A DNA stretch of 64,000 nucleotides. Source: Candidatus Bipolaricaulota bacterium (GTDB taxonomy: Bacteria > Patescibacteriota > Patescibacteriia > UBA11705 > DATKZF01). Positions 10,721 through 21,229 of the stretch are shown here, one piece after another. The stretch is taken from the NCBI GenBank assembly GCA_035528115.1, contig DATKZF010000003.1:359089-423088 (forward strand). The letters run 5' to 3'. The notes below the pieces were generated by a model. That model had not been told where the DNA came from and did no database searches. It worked only from the letters and a program-made list of their open reading frames with translations. The translations under genes and the position numbers were made by a program. Every line of letters starts with the position of its first letter. The first letter of the stretch is position 1.

Positions 10721-10836
10721 TGGAAAAGATTTCTCCACTCCGCTCGTCTTCGCTACGCTCGACTCACTCCGGTCGAAATGACAACGGATGATGTCTTTTC
10801 TTTTGTCATCTCGACCGAAGCGGAGAGATCTTTTCC
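10721..10836. repeat. GIY-YIG-associated inverted repeat pair
   Basis: Same two complementary units as 10172-10409. Confidence 0.85.
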
Positions 10837-10851
10837 TAGAAACCCGTATCC

Positions 10852-11280
10852 TCACAATTTCATCTCCGCAATCAACCGCATCAAACTCTCATCAGAAACT
10901 TTATAATCCCCTGTTAAAAATTCCTGCTTGGTCACCCAGCGAAATTCCCTGATATCATCAACCCCGGGATTTTTAGTAATATCAATATTAGTGGAGGTCG
11001 GAATGCAAAGAAAGGTTGAGCAGACCACTTGTCCGCCATCAATTTCCTTGAAAAACCACCAGATGCCGAGCGGCTCTTTGATTTCAACATCAAGAAATAC
11101 TTCCTCTTTAACCTCTCTTCTCAACGCGTCAAAAGGAGACTCCCCGAAATCCACTTTGCCGCCCGGCAAATCCCAAAAATATAAATCATCATTAATGTGC
11201 GCTTTGACTATTAAAAATTTATTGTCTTTTTTTATAAACGCTTTGACACCGGCGATTACCGGTAATGTCTGTTTAGCCAT
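10852..11280 (-). CDS. NUDIX hydrolase
   Basis: GGKVDFGESPFDALRREVKEE Nudix box. Confidence 0.9.
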   Translation of the reverse strand: MAKQTLPVIAGVKAFIKKDNKFLIVKAHINDDLYFWDLPGGKVDFGESPFDALRREVKEEVFLDVEIKEPLGIWWFFKEIDGGQVVCSTFLCIPTSTNIDITKNPGVDDIREFRWVTKQEFLTGDYKVSDESLMRLIAEMKL

Positions 11281-11295
11281 ATATTTAATTTTGTT

Positions 11296-12717
11296 TCATG
11301 ACTTCAACGAAACCATCTCCTTCACCGTCTCCTTTTTAATCACCCCAAACACCGCCAACAAAGAAAAATAAACGGCCATGCCGATTAAAATCAGCCAGAT
11401 GACGTTAAGGTCGCGCAAGAAATAAATGACCCCGGCCATAATGCCGGCCGCGACCAAGGATTTGCCGAAATTGACCAGGGACGGAAAAAATTTGACTGCC
11501 CGATAAACCACAATGCCGGTCAAAATCATGATCATGACTTCGGACGCCACGGTGAACGCCGCGGCCGCCCAGTATCCGTATTGCGGAATGAAAACGAAAT
11601 AGCCGATCAAGGCCACGATGGCCGTGGCCAAATAGCCCCAGATCATTTGCTTTTGCTTGTTGACGCCGACAACCGCGTAACCGAACAGCGTGCCGAAAAA
11701 AATGGCGCCGGCCGCGAAAATCAATATTTTTAAAATATCGCCCGAACCCGCGAAATCCGAACCGGCAATCAATGTCATGACTTTTTCTCCAATGACCAAA
11801 CCGCCCAAAACAACGGGCAAGGCCATCATGGCCATGGCGTCAAAAGATATTTGAAGCAAATGCTTGACCCCGTCCAGTTTTTTTTCAATCCAGTCTTTGG
11901 CCAGCAGCGGCAAAATAAGTCCCATGAATAAAGCGGGCAACATGGTTAAAATATCAATCACGCGGTACGCCGCGCCGTACAAGCCCACATCCGCGTTCGG
12001 CCAGTACAAAGACAGGATAACCGTGTCCGTTTTCAAATACAAAAGATTGCAGGAAATGGAAATCGCGATCGGCCAACTCTTCTTCAAAATCCCCAGCCAA
12101 ACATCTTTATCAAAAGTGAATTTTATTTTCACGTATTTTCTCGAAGCCAGATACGAAATCAAAAGGTGCGTGAAGCTGCCCAGCGAGATCATCCAAAAAA
12201 TCAAATAAATATTCGCCTGAAAATACATGGCTGTCGCAATGCCCGCCAACAAAACGATCCTGCCAATAACCTCGGCGATGCTGTAAATGAACATTTTCAA
12301 TTCTTTTTGAAAAACGCTGGCCAAAATATTATTTATCGAAATGAAAAAGAAGGAAAAAACCACAATGGCCACGCCCAGCTTGATTTCCATGGCATACGGG
12401 AAAAACAAAACGACGATCGGCGCCAGAGATAAAAAAATAAACGCGGAAATAACGCGCAAAGTCAGCATGTTGCTCAAGTACTTATCAATATTTATCCCCG
12501 GGTTGCCCACAGTTCTGGTCGCGGTGAGTGACAACCCGAAATCCACGATTATGCCGAAAAACGACAGGAACGCGACTACGGTGATATATTGACCGAAGCC
12601 CTCCGGTCCCAAATACCTGGTCATCAAAGCAACCACAAAAATACCCAGGATCGTGGTGGCGATCTTGCCGATGAATTGAACGATGGTGTTTCTGGCCAAC
12701 TGTTTTGTTAATGACAT
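11296..12717 (-). CDS. Wzx-type flippase
   Basis: 12-14 TMs; RYLGPEGFG, DFGL, D.VILS..VGLY.AAYR. Confidence 0.9.
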   Translation of the reverse strand: MSLTKQLARNTIVQFIGKIATTILGIFVVALMTRYLGPEGFGQYITVVAFLSFFGIIVDFGLSLTATRTVGNPGINIDKYLSNMLTLRVISAFIFLSLAPIVVLFFPYAMEIKLGVAIVVFSFFFISINNILASVFQKELKMFIYSIAEVIGRIVLLAGIATAMYFQANIYLIFWMISLGSFTHLLISYLASRKYVKIKFTFDKDVWLGILKKSWPIAISISCNLLYLKTDTVILSLYWPNADVGLYGAAYRVIDILTMLPALFMGLILPLLAKDWIEKKLDGVKHLLQISFDAMAMMALPVVLGGLVIGEKVMTLIAGSDFAGSGDILKILIFAAGAIFFGTLFGYAVVGVNKQKQMIWGYLATAIVALIGYFVFIPQYGYWAAAAFTVASEVMIMILTGIVVYRAVKFFPSLVNFGKSLVAAGIMAGVIYFLRDLNVIWLILIGMAVYFSLLAVFGVIKKETVKEMVSLKS

Positions 12718-12774
12718 ATAAATTTTGAAATAAGGAATCTATGAAAAGCAATAAGAAGCGTCTGCAAAAAAGAC

Positions 12775-12878
12775 CGTCATCTCGACCCCTCGACTGTGCT
12801 CGGGCAGGCCGAAGCGGAGAGATCTTTTCCTAACTGCCCGTCGTTGTCATCTCGACCGAAGCGGAGAGATCTTTTCCT
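12775..12878. repeat. GIY-YIG-associated repeats (2 copies, one with an internal hairpin insert)
   Basis: GTCATCTCGACC(insert)GAAGCGGAGAGATCTTTTCC. Confidence 0.85.
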
Positions 12879-12888
12879 AACAAAATAT

Positions 12889-13176
12889 TTAAATACTCTG
12901 TGATAAATCATCCCAACACCCATTCATTGATTCAATCAATTGAATCTTCTTTTCTCTTCTCCACTTTTTTAATTGCTTTTCCCTATCAATAGCTTCATTT
13001 ATATCATTGAAAAGTTCATAATACACAAGACTGGCGCAATTATACTTTTTCGTAAAACCTTCAAAAACTTTATCCTTGTGCTCACTGACTCTTCTCTTCA
13101 AATCATTTGTTACCCCAACATATAATGTTCTTTTAAAACTTGCCATTATATAAACATAATAATCATTTTCAAACAT
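12889..13176 (-). CDS. Small GIY-YIG nuclease (Ssn-like), paralogue of 10423..10710
   Basis: 78/95 aa identical to copy 1 by manual alignment. Confidence 0.9.
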   Translation of the reverse strand: MFENDYYVYIMASFKRTLYVGVTNDLKRRVSEHKDKVFEGFTKKYNCASLVYYELFNDINEAIDREKQLKKWRREKKIQLIESMNGCWDDLSQSI

Positions 13177-13186
13177 ATTCTTATTT

Positions 13187-13238
13187 GGAAAAGATTTCTC
13201 CGCTCCTCCTCACAAGCTCGTCGTCGGTCGAAATGACA
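13187..13238. repeat. GIY-YIG-associated repeat (complementary unit)
   Basis: GGAAAAGATTTCTCC...GGTCGAAATGACA. Confidence 0.8.
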
Positions 13239-13247
13239 TGAATAAAT

Positions 13248-13508
13248 TTATTTCAACGGGTCATTACCCCCTTTCGACCACGGATTGCACCTCATTATCC
13301 GCCAGACGCCTTTGGTGCCGCCGCGAATAAGACCGTATTTTTCAATGGCTTGATAAGTGTATTCGGAACACGTGGGATGGAACTTGCAAAAACCTTGAGG
13401 GAAAAGGTCTTTCAGCCAGCCGTGGTCGAATGAAAAAACGCGTTGATAAAATTTTATCAATTTCAAAACGAGAAATTTGGGAATATTAACAATGAATGAA
13501 AAAATCAT
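13248..13508 (-). CDS. yidD: Membrane protein insertion efficiency factor
   Basis: CKFHPTCSEY, RCNPWSKGGNDP; follows rnpA. Confidence 0.95.
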   Translation of the reverse strand: MIFSFIVNIPKFLVLKLIKFYQRVFSFDHGWLKDLFPQGFCKFHPTCSEYTYQAIEKYGLIRGGTKGVWRIMRCNPWSKGGNDPLK

Positions 13509-13867
13509 TTGACGATCAATCTTAATTTTCTAAAAATCTGGTCAACATCTCTTTCGAGTCGAGCGAAATCCGCGTCCGCAATGCCTTTTTGAGCGATGAT
13601 CAAAACATCATATCCCCCGGAGATCCGAGGCAGCCGCGCTCTGACGATTTCCCGCAACCGCCTTTTGATCAAATTGCGTTTGGTGGCGCGCTTATCGACT
13701 TTGGTGGAAATCACAAAAGCGAATCGGCTTATTTCGCTCCGGTTTTTTAGACTTTTAATAATAAGGTCGGGCGTGGAATTGGAATATCCTCCCGATTTTC
13801 TAAATTTCGGCCCGAAAAACTTGTCGAAATCTTTTTTTTGGGTTATGCGATGAAGTCTTTTAAGCAT
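13505..13867 (-). CDS. rnpA: Ribonuclease P protein component
   Basis: KRATKRNLIKRRLRE (RNR motif); synteny. Confidence 0.95.
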   Translation of the reverse strand: MLKRLHRITQKKDFDKFFGPKFRKSGGYSNSTPDLIIKSLKNRSEISRFAFVISTKVDKRATKRNLIKRRLREIVRARLPRISGGYDVLIIAQKGIADADFARLERDVDQIFRKLRLIVK

Positions 13868-14037
13868 ATTGAATAGGGGGCTAAAGAAGTCTTAAGAGGG
13901 CGGGTCGAGGTGAAGGGACAAGCGCGGGAGAAGGCAGACAAATTTTATTCGGGGTAGGCGGAAATTCGGATCACAACGCTCTCCCCTTAATATTAGCTTA
14001 TATATTGGAAAAAGAAAAAGGCCACGCGACCGTGACC

Positions 14038-14175
14038 TTAAGCTGATAATTTTTTTCTGCCTCTCTGGCGTCGAGTTTTCAAGATCGCTTGTCCGCTTTT
14101 ATCGCTCATTCTTTTTCTAAAGCCATGCTTTTTGCTCCTTTTTCTGGCAGTCGGCTGATATGTTCTTTTGGGCAT
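14038..14175 (-). CDS. rpmH: 50S ribosomal protein L34 (not in ORF track)
   Basis: Manual translation [45 protein letters not shown]. Confidence 0.97.
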   Translation of the reverse strand: MPKRTYQPTARKRSKKHGFRKRMSDKSGQAILKTRRQRGRKKLSA

Positions 14176-14266
14176 ATTTAAAAGTTACTTTAATAATAAA
14201 ATTATTCTAACAAAGGAACGTCGTTTTGTCAACTGACGCGGCCGCGGCCGGCGCGCAATCGCGCGC

Positions 14267-14295
14267 GTAGGAACAGGGCATTACCCTGTTCCTAC
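14267..14295. repeat. GTAG-type REP copy 3
   Basis: GTAGGAACAGGGCATTACCCTGTTCCTAC. Confidence 0.85.
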
Positions 14296-14366
14296 ATCGG
14301 CGACACATTCGTCGCCGCCGGCCGCTGATTTGCATAATCCCAAAAATTCTATACAATGAATTTATA

Positions 14367-14427
14367 TTATTCACACCTAATGCACAGCTTGCCAACTTTA
14401 TCCGCCTTGCGACAAATATTATCCACA
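14367..14427. promoter_or_regulatory. DnaA boxes upstream of dnaA (oriC part 1 / autoregulation)
   Basis: TTATTCACA 14367, TAATGCACA, perfect TTATCCACA 14419-14427. Confidence 0.75.
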
Positions 14428-14529
14428 GAAAAATTGTGTTATAATACGAACACAAAAAAATTCCCATATTTCCACTTGTTTTTACCTCTTTAAAATAAAA
14501 ATAAAGAAAAATTAATCCCCATTTTTCCT

Positions 14530-15924
14530 ATGACTCAAGAAAATGAACAACTCTGGCAAACAGTGCTGGGGGAATTGGAGCTCAATTTGAGCAAGGCCAG
14601 CTTCACCACCTGGTTCAAGAACACCTTTATTCTCGACAACGAGGATGGCAGGATCATTATCGGCGTGCCCAACACTTTTTCTCAGGCATGGCTGAAACAG
14701 AAATATCATAATGATATTTTTAAGACATTGCAGAATCTGACAGGGAAAAGAATCAAAGACGTCAATTATAAAGTTCAGAATAAAAAAGACTTCAGACCCA
14801 CGGAAAAAATTCCGGTTCCCGTGGTCGAAGGGGTCGTTCGCGAAGAACTCATTTCCTCTCAGCCGACCACGCCTCTTCTCGAACAAAATAGCGGCGCGTA
14901 TCAAAACATTAACCGCAATTACGCTTTTGTCAGTTTTATAGTTGGTAAAAACAATGAATTGGCGCACGCCGCGGCCAAGGCCGTGGCCGAAAATCCGGGA
15001 TTCACTTATAATCCCCTTTTTATTTACGGCGGGGTCGGACTGGGAAAAACCCATCTGCTTCAATCCATTGGCAATGAAATCCTCATTAAAAACAGCCAAA
15101 AAAAGATTTTATACGTCACTTGCGAACAATTCACCAATGATTTTATCAATGGTATTTCTTCGGGCAATTCCGGTAAATTCCAATCTTATTATCGCGGTCC
15201 GGACGTGCTTTTAATAGACGACATTCAATTTTTAACCGGCAAAGAAGGCACGCAAGAAGCTTTCTTTCATACGTTCAATGATCTGCATCAACGAAACAAG
15301 CAAATAGTTATCACTTCGGATCGGCCGCCGAAAGCCATTGCCACTCTCGAGGACAGGCTTCTTTCAAGGTTTGAGTGGGGCATGATTGCCGATATTTCCC
15401 AGCCGGACATGGAAACGAGAATGGCTATTTTGGAGAAAAAATGCCTTGAAAAAAACTTTAATCTGAATAGGGACATTGTTCAATACATCACCCAAAACAT
15501 TCAAAACAACGTTCGGGAACTCGAAGGAGCTCTCAATAAGATTATCGCTTATCATCAATTGAATAAAATAGAACCGACGCTGGAAAACATTAAAAAAATA
15601 CTATTCTCTTTAAGCAATGCCGGCGGACAAAAAAACTCAGTCACTCCGCGGCACTTGATTGAAACCGTGGGTAAATTTTACGAAATAGGCCTTGAGGACA
15701 TTACAGGCAAGTGCAGACAAAAACGATTGGCCTTTCCCAGACAAATAATAATGTATTTGATGAGAGAAGAACTCAGGGAGTCTTATCCTTCAATCGGCCA
15801 AGAATTGGGAGGCAGGGATCATACCACGGCCATGCACGCGCACAGTAAAATTTTAAACTTGCTCGAAACGGATGAAAAGCTCAGACAAGAAATAAACCTG
15901 CTCAAACAACTGCTGTATCAATAA
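14530..15924 (+). CDS. dnaA: Chromosomal replication initiator
   Basis: NPLFIYGGVGLGKTHL, DDIQF, RELEGAL, GGRDHTT. Confidence 0.99.
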   Translation: MTQENEQLWQTVLGELELNLSKASFTTWFKNTFILDNEDGRIIIGVPNTFSQAWLKQKYHNDIFKTLQNLTGKRIKDVNYKVQNKKDFRPTEKIPVPVVEGVVREELISSQPTTPLLEQNSGAYQNINRNYAFVSFIVGKNNELAHAAAKAVAENPGFTYNPLFIYGGVGLGKTHLLQSIGNEILIKNSQKKILYVTCEQFTNDFINGISSGNSGKFQSYYRGPDVLLIDDIQFLTGKEGTQEAFFHTFNDLHQRNKQIVITSDRPPKAIATLEDRLLSRFEWGMIADISQPDMETRMAILEKKCLEKNFNLNRDIVQYITQNIQNNVRELEGALNKIIAYHQLNKIEPTLENIKKILFSLSNAGGQKNSVTPRHLIETVGKFYEIGLEDITGKCRQKRLAFPRQIIMYLMREELRESYPSIGQELGGRDHTTAMHAHSKILNLLETDEKLRQEINLLKQLLYQ

Positions 15925-16188
15925 CGAAACACCCTGTTCATAAACTCGGGAAAAAAGAAAAAAAAACCTATTGATAAACGGTGGAAAAAAGACCTGGAGA
16001 AAAAAAACTTTAAAAGCCTGTTATTTATCAACAACGGACAGCACAAGAAACTCTCTTTTTTCCAGCCGTCTATTAACATCCCTCGTGTCAAAAAAGACCT
16101 ATAAAATAAGGCTGAAAAAACTTTTCCACCTAATCCACAGCATTATTATTAATAGTATTATAAATTTAAATTAATATTTATATATTAT
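15925..16188. other. Probable oriC (dnaA-dnaN intergenic) with DnaA boxes and AT-rich DUE
   Basis: TTATCAACA, TTTTCCACC, TAATCCACA (16131-16139) followed by ~45 nt almost pure A/T. Confidence 0.75.
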
Positions 16189-17319
16189 ATGAAATTCATT
16201 TGTACACAGGAGAATCTAAATAGGGGGTTGTTCATCACCGGACATTTATCAAACAAGAACGTTAATCTTCCGATATTAAACAACGTGTTATTGAAAGTAA
16301 CGGAGGGAGCACTGACTTTAGCTTCAACCAATTTGGAAATAGGCATTAGCGCGACGGTTCGAGGTAAATTGGAAAAGGAAGGAGAATTCACGGTAGAATC
16401 CAGATTGATTTCTGATTTTGTAAGTTTATTGCCCAACGAAAAAGTGGAATTGCTTTTGGACAAAGACGATTACTTGAAGGTCAGCACTTCTAATTCCAAA
16501 ACCCGCATAAAAGGATTGCCCGCTACTGACTTCCCCGTCATCCCTAAAATTGAAAAAGACGATCCGTATATCGTCAATATCAAAGACTTGCAAAAAGCCA
16601 TTTCGCAAGTGATCTTCGCGGTTTCCACCAATGAATCGCGGCCGGAAATCAGCGGCGTTTTTATGAGCCTTCATTCTGAAAACAATAAATTAACGTTGGC
16701 CGCTACGGACAGCTATCGTTTGGCTGAAAAGAAAGTGGATATTTCAGGAAATAAGAACAAGAAGGAATTGATCGTGCCCGTGAAAACGTTTCAAGAACTT
16801 TTGCGTATTTTGACCGCGCTGAAAGACGATCCAGACGGCGCGGAAAACATTGAAATCTTCATCACGGAAAATCAAATCTTGTTTTCTTTAAGCAGCGGCA
16901 TTGAAATTATTTCCAGAACAGTGGAAGGACAATATCCTGATTACAAACAAATTATCCCAAATGAAAATAAAACAAAGGTGACCGTGGAGACACCAAGGCT
17001 TTTGAAGACCATTAAAACCACCAGTTTGTTTTCCAAAACGGGCATTTTCGACATCAATCTTGAATTTCTGGATGACAAGAAAAGCTTGGTGGTTTCTTCT
17101 ACTAATAATCAGCTGGGCGAAAGCGTTTCCGAAATGGAAGTTGACTTTCACGGGGATAAAAATCAAACGGTGATAAATTACAGGTATCTTTTGGACGGGT
17201 TGAATAACCTCGACAGCGACAATGTGTCCTTGGAAATCATTGACGGCAATGTGCCGCTCATTATCAGGCCGGCGGAAGATACCGGGTATTTGTATATTAT
17301 AATGCCGATAAAGCAGTAG
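16189..17319 (+). CDS. dnaN: DNA polymerase III beta clamp
   Basis: LPIL, ATDSYRLAE, GQYPDY, IIMPIK. Confidence 0.98.
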   Translation: MKFICTQENLNRGLFITGHLSNKNVNLPILNNVLLKVTEGALTLASTNLEIGISATVRGKLEKEGEFTVESRLISDFVSLLPNEKVELLLDKDDYLKVSTSNSKTRIKGLPATDFPVIPKIEKDDPYIVNIKDLQKAISQVIFAVSTNESRPEISGVFMSLHSENNKLTLAATDSYRLAEKKVDISGNKNKKELIVPVKTFQELLRILTALKDDPDGAENIEIFITENQILFSLSSGIEIISRTVEGQYPDYKQIIPNENKTKVTVETPRLLKTIKTTSLFSKTGIFDINLEFLDDKKSLVVSSTNNQLGESVSEMEVDFHGDKNQTVINYRYLLDGLNNLDSDNVSLEIIDGNVPLIIRPAEDTGYLYIIMPIKQ

Positions 17320-17512
17320 ACATGGAACACGTATCATGTATCACATAGCACATAACACAAACCCACCCGCCCAGCGGAAAGATTGTCTTTCCGCTGTTTT
17401 GTTTAACAAAAAAAACGCTTTGCAAAGAAAGTGTTTTTATGGCTGTGCCATCCGATTCGTCTATTGGAGGAACACCACGAGCGAGCCCGAGCAGCGCCGA
17501 GGGCGAGTCGAG

Positions 17513-17599
17513 TGGTGCCGGCGGACGGAGTCGAACCGTCACGGATTTTCATCCACAGGATTTTAAGTCCTGCGTGTATACCAATTTCACCACGCCGGC
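17513..17599 (-). tRNA. tRNA-Leu(TAA)
   Basis: GCCGGCG..CTTAAAA loop..long variable arm..GTTCGACTC..CCA. Confidence 0.93.
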
Positions 17600-17945
17600 C
17601 TACGCTCTCACTACGTTCGAGCTTCGGCCGGTCTTCGACTCCGAGGTTCGACGATCTCGTCGCTCAGACTCGAGGAGCAGGCCGGCCAAGGCTTTTAATT
17701 TATTCGAGCTTCGGCCATCTATGCCGGCCAAAGCAAAGTTTTCGCTTCGTTCAATCTACGGCCGGCGGGCCGGCTATAGAAAGATTAAAGAGCAAAGTGC
17801 AAAAATAAAAAAATAGAATTAAGATCAAAGTTTTGGTGTGATTTGTTTCTATTTAAAACTCCAGCCTCCGACCCCCGCAAAGTCTGACAGGCGAAATGGC
17901 CTGCCAGCCGTAGCTCCGACGAGCGGAGCGAGGAGGAGCGAAGGC

Positions 17946-18020
17946 TGGAGCGGGTAACGGGAATCGAACCCGTATCTCTGCCTTGGCAAGGCAATATAAT
18001 AACCATTATACGATACCCGC
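17946..18020 (-). tRNA. tRNA-Gly(GCC)
   Basis: GCGGGTA..TTGCCAA loop..GTTCGATTC..TCCA. Confidence 0.93.
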
Positions 18021-18366
18021 CTACGCTTTCGCTTCGCTCAAGCTTCGGCGGGTCTTCGACTCCGCCCTCGGCCGTGAGCTCGGGCCGAACGGAGGTCTGA
18101 CGATCTCGTCGTTCAGACTCGAGGAGCAGGCCCGCCTGTTGATAGGCTGTGTAAATATTCAATTTACATAAAAAATTATATCAAGGTAGCCATGAAAAGT
18201 CAATAAATTTAATTGATCGCGGTTTTTTTAAAGTTCCACTGAGATTTTCTTTTTTTATCTAAAATTAGAGAATATTGCAAAATTTTGAATTGACATAAAT
18301 TTATAAAAGTGTTAACCTTTTTAGAATGTTTGCCATAGTGGCGGACATGGAAGTACGGAGAGATGA

Positions 18367-19713
18367 ATGGTAGTTACACGACGCAACGCAATGCGGGTGG
18401 TTCGTTTGGGCCACTCCGAAGGTGTGGGAGCGTCGTGTTTCGCCTATGACAACGGATCCAGCGTTGTCATGGTCGATTGCGGCGTTCACATGGGTATTCA
18501 ACTTCGCCATCAGGCGACAATGGATTCGGATGAGCCGTTTGTTATTTACCCGGAAGCTCTGCCGAACATGCGGTGGATACTTGAAAATCGAGAGCGCATC
18601 GTAGGGTGGTTTCTCACCCACGGCCATCTCGATCACATTGGCGGACTGACATCATTGCCCGAGGAGATTTTAAACTCGGTGCCGTTTTATGGCACCCCGT
18701 TCACAGCGGCCATGATTCGCGCACTATTTCATAAAGCGCAGAAAAAAATGCCGCATATTACATTTCTTTCAGCGGATCAAAAGGGCGGCGATTTTGAACT
18801 GCCCGGGGAAGATCTGCGGATCTGTTACCGCGGGGTGCCGCACAGCATTCCGCAGTCGATCGCTTTGGCGATTTCGTCGCGCGGCAAGACTGCGGTGCAC
18901 CTGACTGATTTCAAGTTTGCCGGGCAAGACTTTCCGGCAAGCAAGATAGCTCTCGCGAGCTGGCTGAAGGATTACTCTGGCGCGGATCTTCTCGTCCTAG
19001 ATGTGCTCAATGCAGACAGGGAAGAAGGAGAAACCTTGCCAGAGAGCCTGGTTTACGGCTCGATCTGGGAGGTTATTGACCGGACTCCCCTGAGTAACAC
19101 GGTGTTCGCGGCCATGTTTTCCACGAACATCGATCGGATTCGGGAAACCGCGCGGTTGGCCGGTCTCTGCGGACGATCCGTTGAGTACGCGGGCCGAGCT
19201 TTGATAAATAGCGTAAACAACGCCCGCGAGGCCGGAGAGTACAATCTCGATCCCGGAGGCAACGATGATCCTCCCAAGCTGGTCATCATGACCGGTTGCC
19301 AGGGAGAGCCCGGCTCTGCTTTGTCAAAGGCGGCCTATGGAGAAGATGTCGGCTGGACTCCGAGAGATGGAGATTCGGTTATCATTTCCTCCACCGTTAT
19401 TCCCGGAGGCGAGCATCGGGTAGGTGAAATGATTTATCGTTTGACTAAAGCCGGCGCCCATGTCTTCGTGGCCTCCAAGGCCTTTTCGCGTCGATTCTCC
19501 TATCGGGGGGTCATCTCAATGAATCATCTTCATGTTTCCGGCCACGGCGGATTGGGAGACATGGAGCTCGCGATCAGGGAGGTTTATCCTCAAACCGTTT
19601 TGCCCATTCATGCGGATAAAACGGGAAGCAAGGCGTTCACCTCTTTTTGCCGGAGCAGGTTTCCTAAAACCGGAATTTCCACATGTTTGCAAGGAGAGAG
19701 TCTCTCTTTGTAG
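18367..19713 (+). CDS. RNase J-like MBL/beta-CASP ribonuclease (divergent, short C-terminus)
   Basis: VDCG, THGHLDH, HSIP, TDFK, GCQGEP.SAL, HVSGH, PIH. Confidence 0.8.
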   Translation: MVVTRRNAMRVVRLGHSEGVGASCFAYDNGSSVVMVDCGVHMGIQLRHQATMDSDEPFVIYPEALPNMRWILENRERIVGWFLTHGHLDHIGGLTSLPEEILNSVPFYGTPFTAAMIRALFHKAQKKMPHITFLSADQKGGDFELPGEDLRICYRGVPHSIPQSIALAISSRGKTAVHLTDFKFAGQDFPASKIALASWLKDYSGADLLVLDVLNADREEGETLPESLVYGSIWEVIDRTPLSNTVFAAMFSTNIDRIRETARLAGLCGRSVEYAGRALINSVNNAREAGEYNLDPGGNDDPPKLVIMTGCQGEPGSALSKAAYGEDVGWTPRDGDSVIISSTVIPGGEHRVGEMIYRLTKAGAHVFVASKAFSRRFSYRGVISMNHLHVSGHGGLGDMELAIREVYPQTVLPIHADKTGSKAFTSFCRSRFPKTGISTCLQGESLSL

Positions 19714-19716
19714 CTT

Positions 19717-19747
19717 GAGGGGTCTTCACACTCGAAGCCCCTTTTTT
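19717..19747 (+). terminator. Intrinsic terminator
   Basis: aggggtcttc..gaagcccct + T run. Confidence 0.65.
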
Positions 19748-19804
19748 AATTAAAAAAATTGATTGCTTTGAGTTTTTCGAAAGTTGGGGTAAAATGTAGT
19801 TGCT

Positions 19805-20827
19805 ATGACAAAAACAGCTGACAAGGAAAACAGAATCGCCAGCCCGATCGCCAAAATCAATGAAAATGAGATGGAAACCTCCCTTCGTCCGCGCAAGCTG
19901 GACGAATATATCGGGCAGAACAAAATAAAGGAAAACGTTTTGATTTCAATTGAGGCGGCGAAAAAACGAAATGAGCCGCTGGAACATATTTTATTATTCG
20001 GCCCGCCCGGACTGGGAAAAACCACTTTGGCGCATGTGATCGCCAATGAAATGGGAACCAATATGCGCGTGACTTCCGGCCCGGCCATTGAAAAGGGCGG
20101 AGATTTGGCCGCCATTTTAACCAATCTGCAGCCGGGCGATATTTTATTTATCGACGAAATTCACCGGTTGAACAGATCTATTGAAGAAATATTGTACCCG
20201 GCCATGGAAGATTACGCTTTGGACATTGTCATCGGCAAGGGACCGTCCGCGCGCACTGTGCGGCTGGAGTTGCCGAAGTTCACCTTAATCGGCGCCACGA
20301 CCAAAATCAGCTGTCTGTCCGCCCCTCTTAGAGATCGTTTCGGCAATGTCTATCGTCTGGATTTTTATTCGCATGAAGATATTGAAAAAATAATTTTAAG
20401 ATCGGCCAGGGTTTTGAACTGCGATTTTTTTGACGAATGTTCAAAAGACATTGCGGCGCGTTCGCGCAAAACGCCTCGCGTGGCCAATCGTTTGTTAAAA
20501 CGCGTGCGCGATTTTGCGGAAGTGAAAAACAACGGCCGGATCGAACGACAAATCGCGGAGCAAGCTTTGAAAATGCTGGAAATAGACGAGCTGGGTCTCG
20601 ACGATGTGGACAGAAAATTGCTTTTAACGATTATTGATAAATTCGCCGGAGGTCCGGTGGGTTTGAATACCATTGCCGCGGCCACCTCCGAGGAAATGGA
20701 CGCCATTGAAGATGTTTTCGAGCCATTTTTGTTGCAACTCGGCTTTATCGATCGCACGCCGCGAGGCAGAATGGTGACCGAAAAGGCGTACAAGCATTTG
20801 AATGTGCCGTTTGCGCGTAACACATAG
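19805..20827 (+). CDS. ruvB: Holliday junction DNA helicase
   Basis: [34 protein letters not shown]. Confidence 0.98.
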   Translation: MTKTADKENRIASPIAKINENEMETSLRPRKLDEYIGQNKIKENVLISIEAAKKRNEPLEHILLFGPPGLGKTTLAHVIANEMGTNMRVTSGPAIEKGGDLAAILTNLQPGDILFIDEIHRLNRSIEEILYPAMEDYALDIVIGKGPSARTVRLELPKFTLIGATTKISCLSAPLRDRFGNVYRLDFYSHEDIEKIILRSARVLNCDFFDECSKDIAARSRKTPRVANRLLKRVRDFAEVKNNGRIERQIAEQALKMLEIDELGLDDVDRKLLLTIIDKFAGGPVGLNTIAAATSEEMDAIEDVFEPFLLQLGFIDRTPRGRMVTEKAYKHLNVPFARNT

Positions 20828-20968
20828 CACGTAGCATGAATCATGGAGCATGAAGCAATTGGCAAGGTTTTTAGTCGAGTAGGTTATTAGATTGCTTTCC
20901 CTAAGAACCTAATAACCTAAAAATACTCAAAACTCATTACTCGTTACCGATTACAGAATTAATATTTT

Positions 20969-21226
20969 ATGACCGTGGAAATCCCTTTATTCGCTTTATT
21001 GATTATTTATCTGGCCTATTTGGCGATATTTTTAATTTTCAGCATTTTTAATGTTTTACATATTTTCAAACACGACCTTTCTCCGGATAGAATTTACGCG
21101 CTCATCTGCGTTTATTTCCTTTTGTCCGCGTTGGTTGTTTTCGGAACTTATTATTTGCTGAAAGACATTGATTGGCAATCGACCATCACCGTGTTTTCGG
21201 AACAATATAAAAACATCAAATTTTAA
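20969..21226 (+). CDS. Small 2-TM membrane protein
   Basis: Hydrophobic ORF coupled to next gene. Confidence 0.65.
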   Translation: MTVEIPLFALLIIYLAYLAIFLIFSIFNVLHIFKHDLSPDRIYALICVYFLLSALVVFGTYYLLKDIDWQSTITVFSEQYKNIKF

Positions 21227-21229
21227 ATT

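Noticed and set aside
17297-18171. ORFs overlapping tRNA-Leu and tRNA-Gly
   Set aside because: Shadow ORFs across tRNAs and GC-rich repeats.
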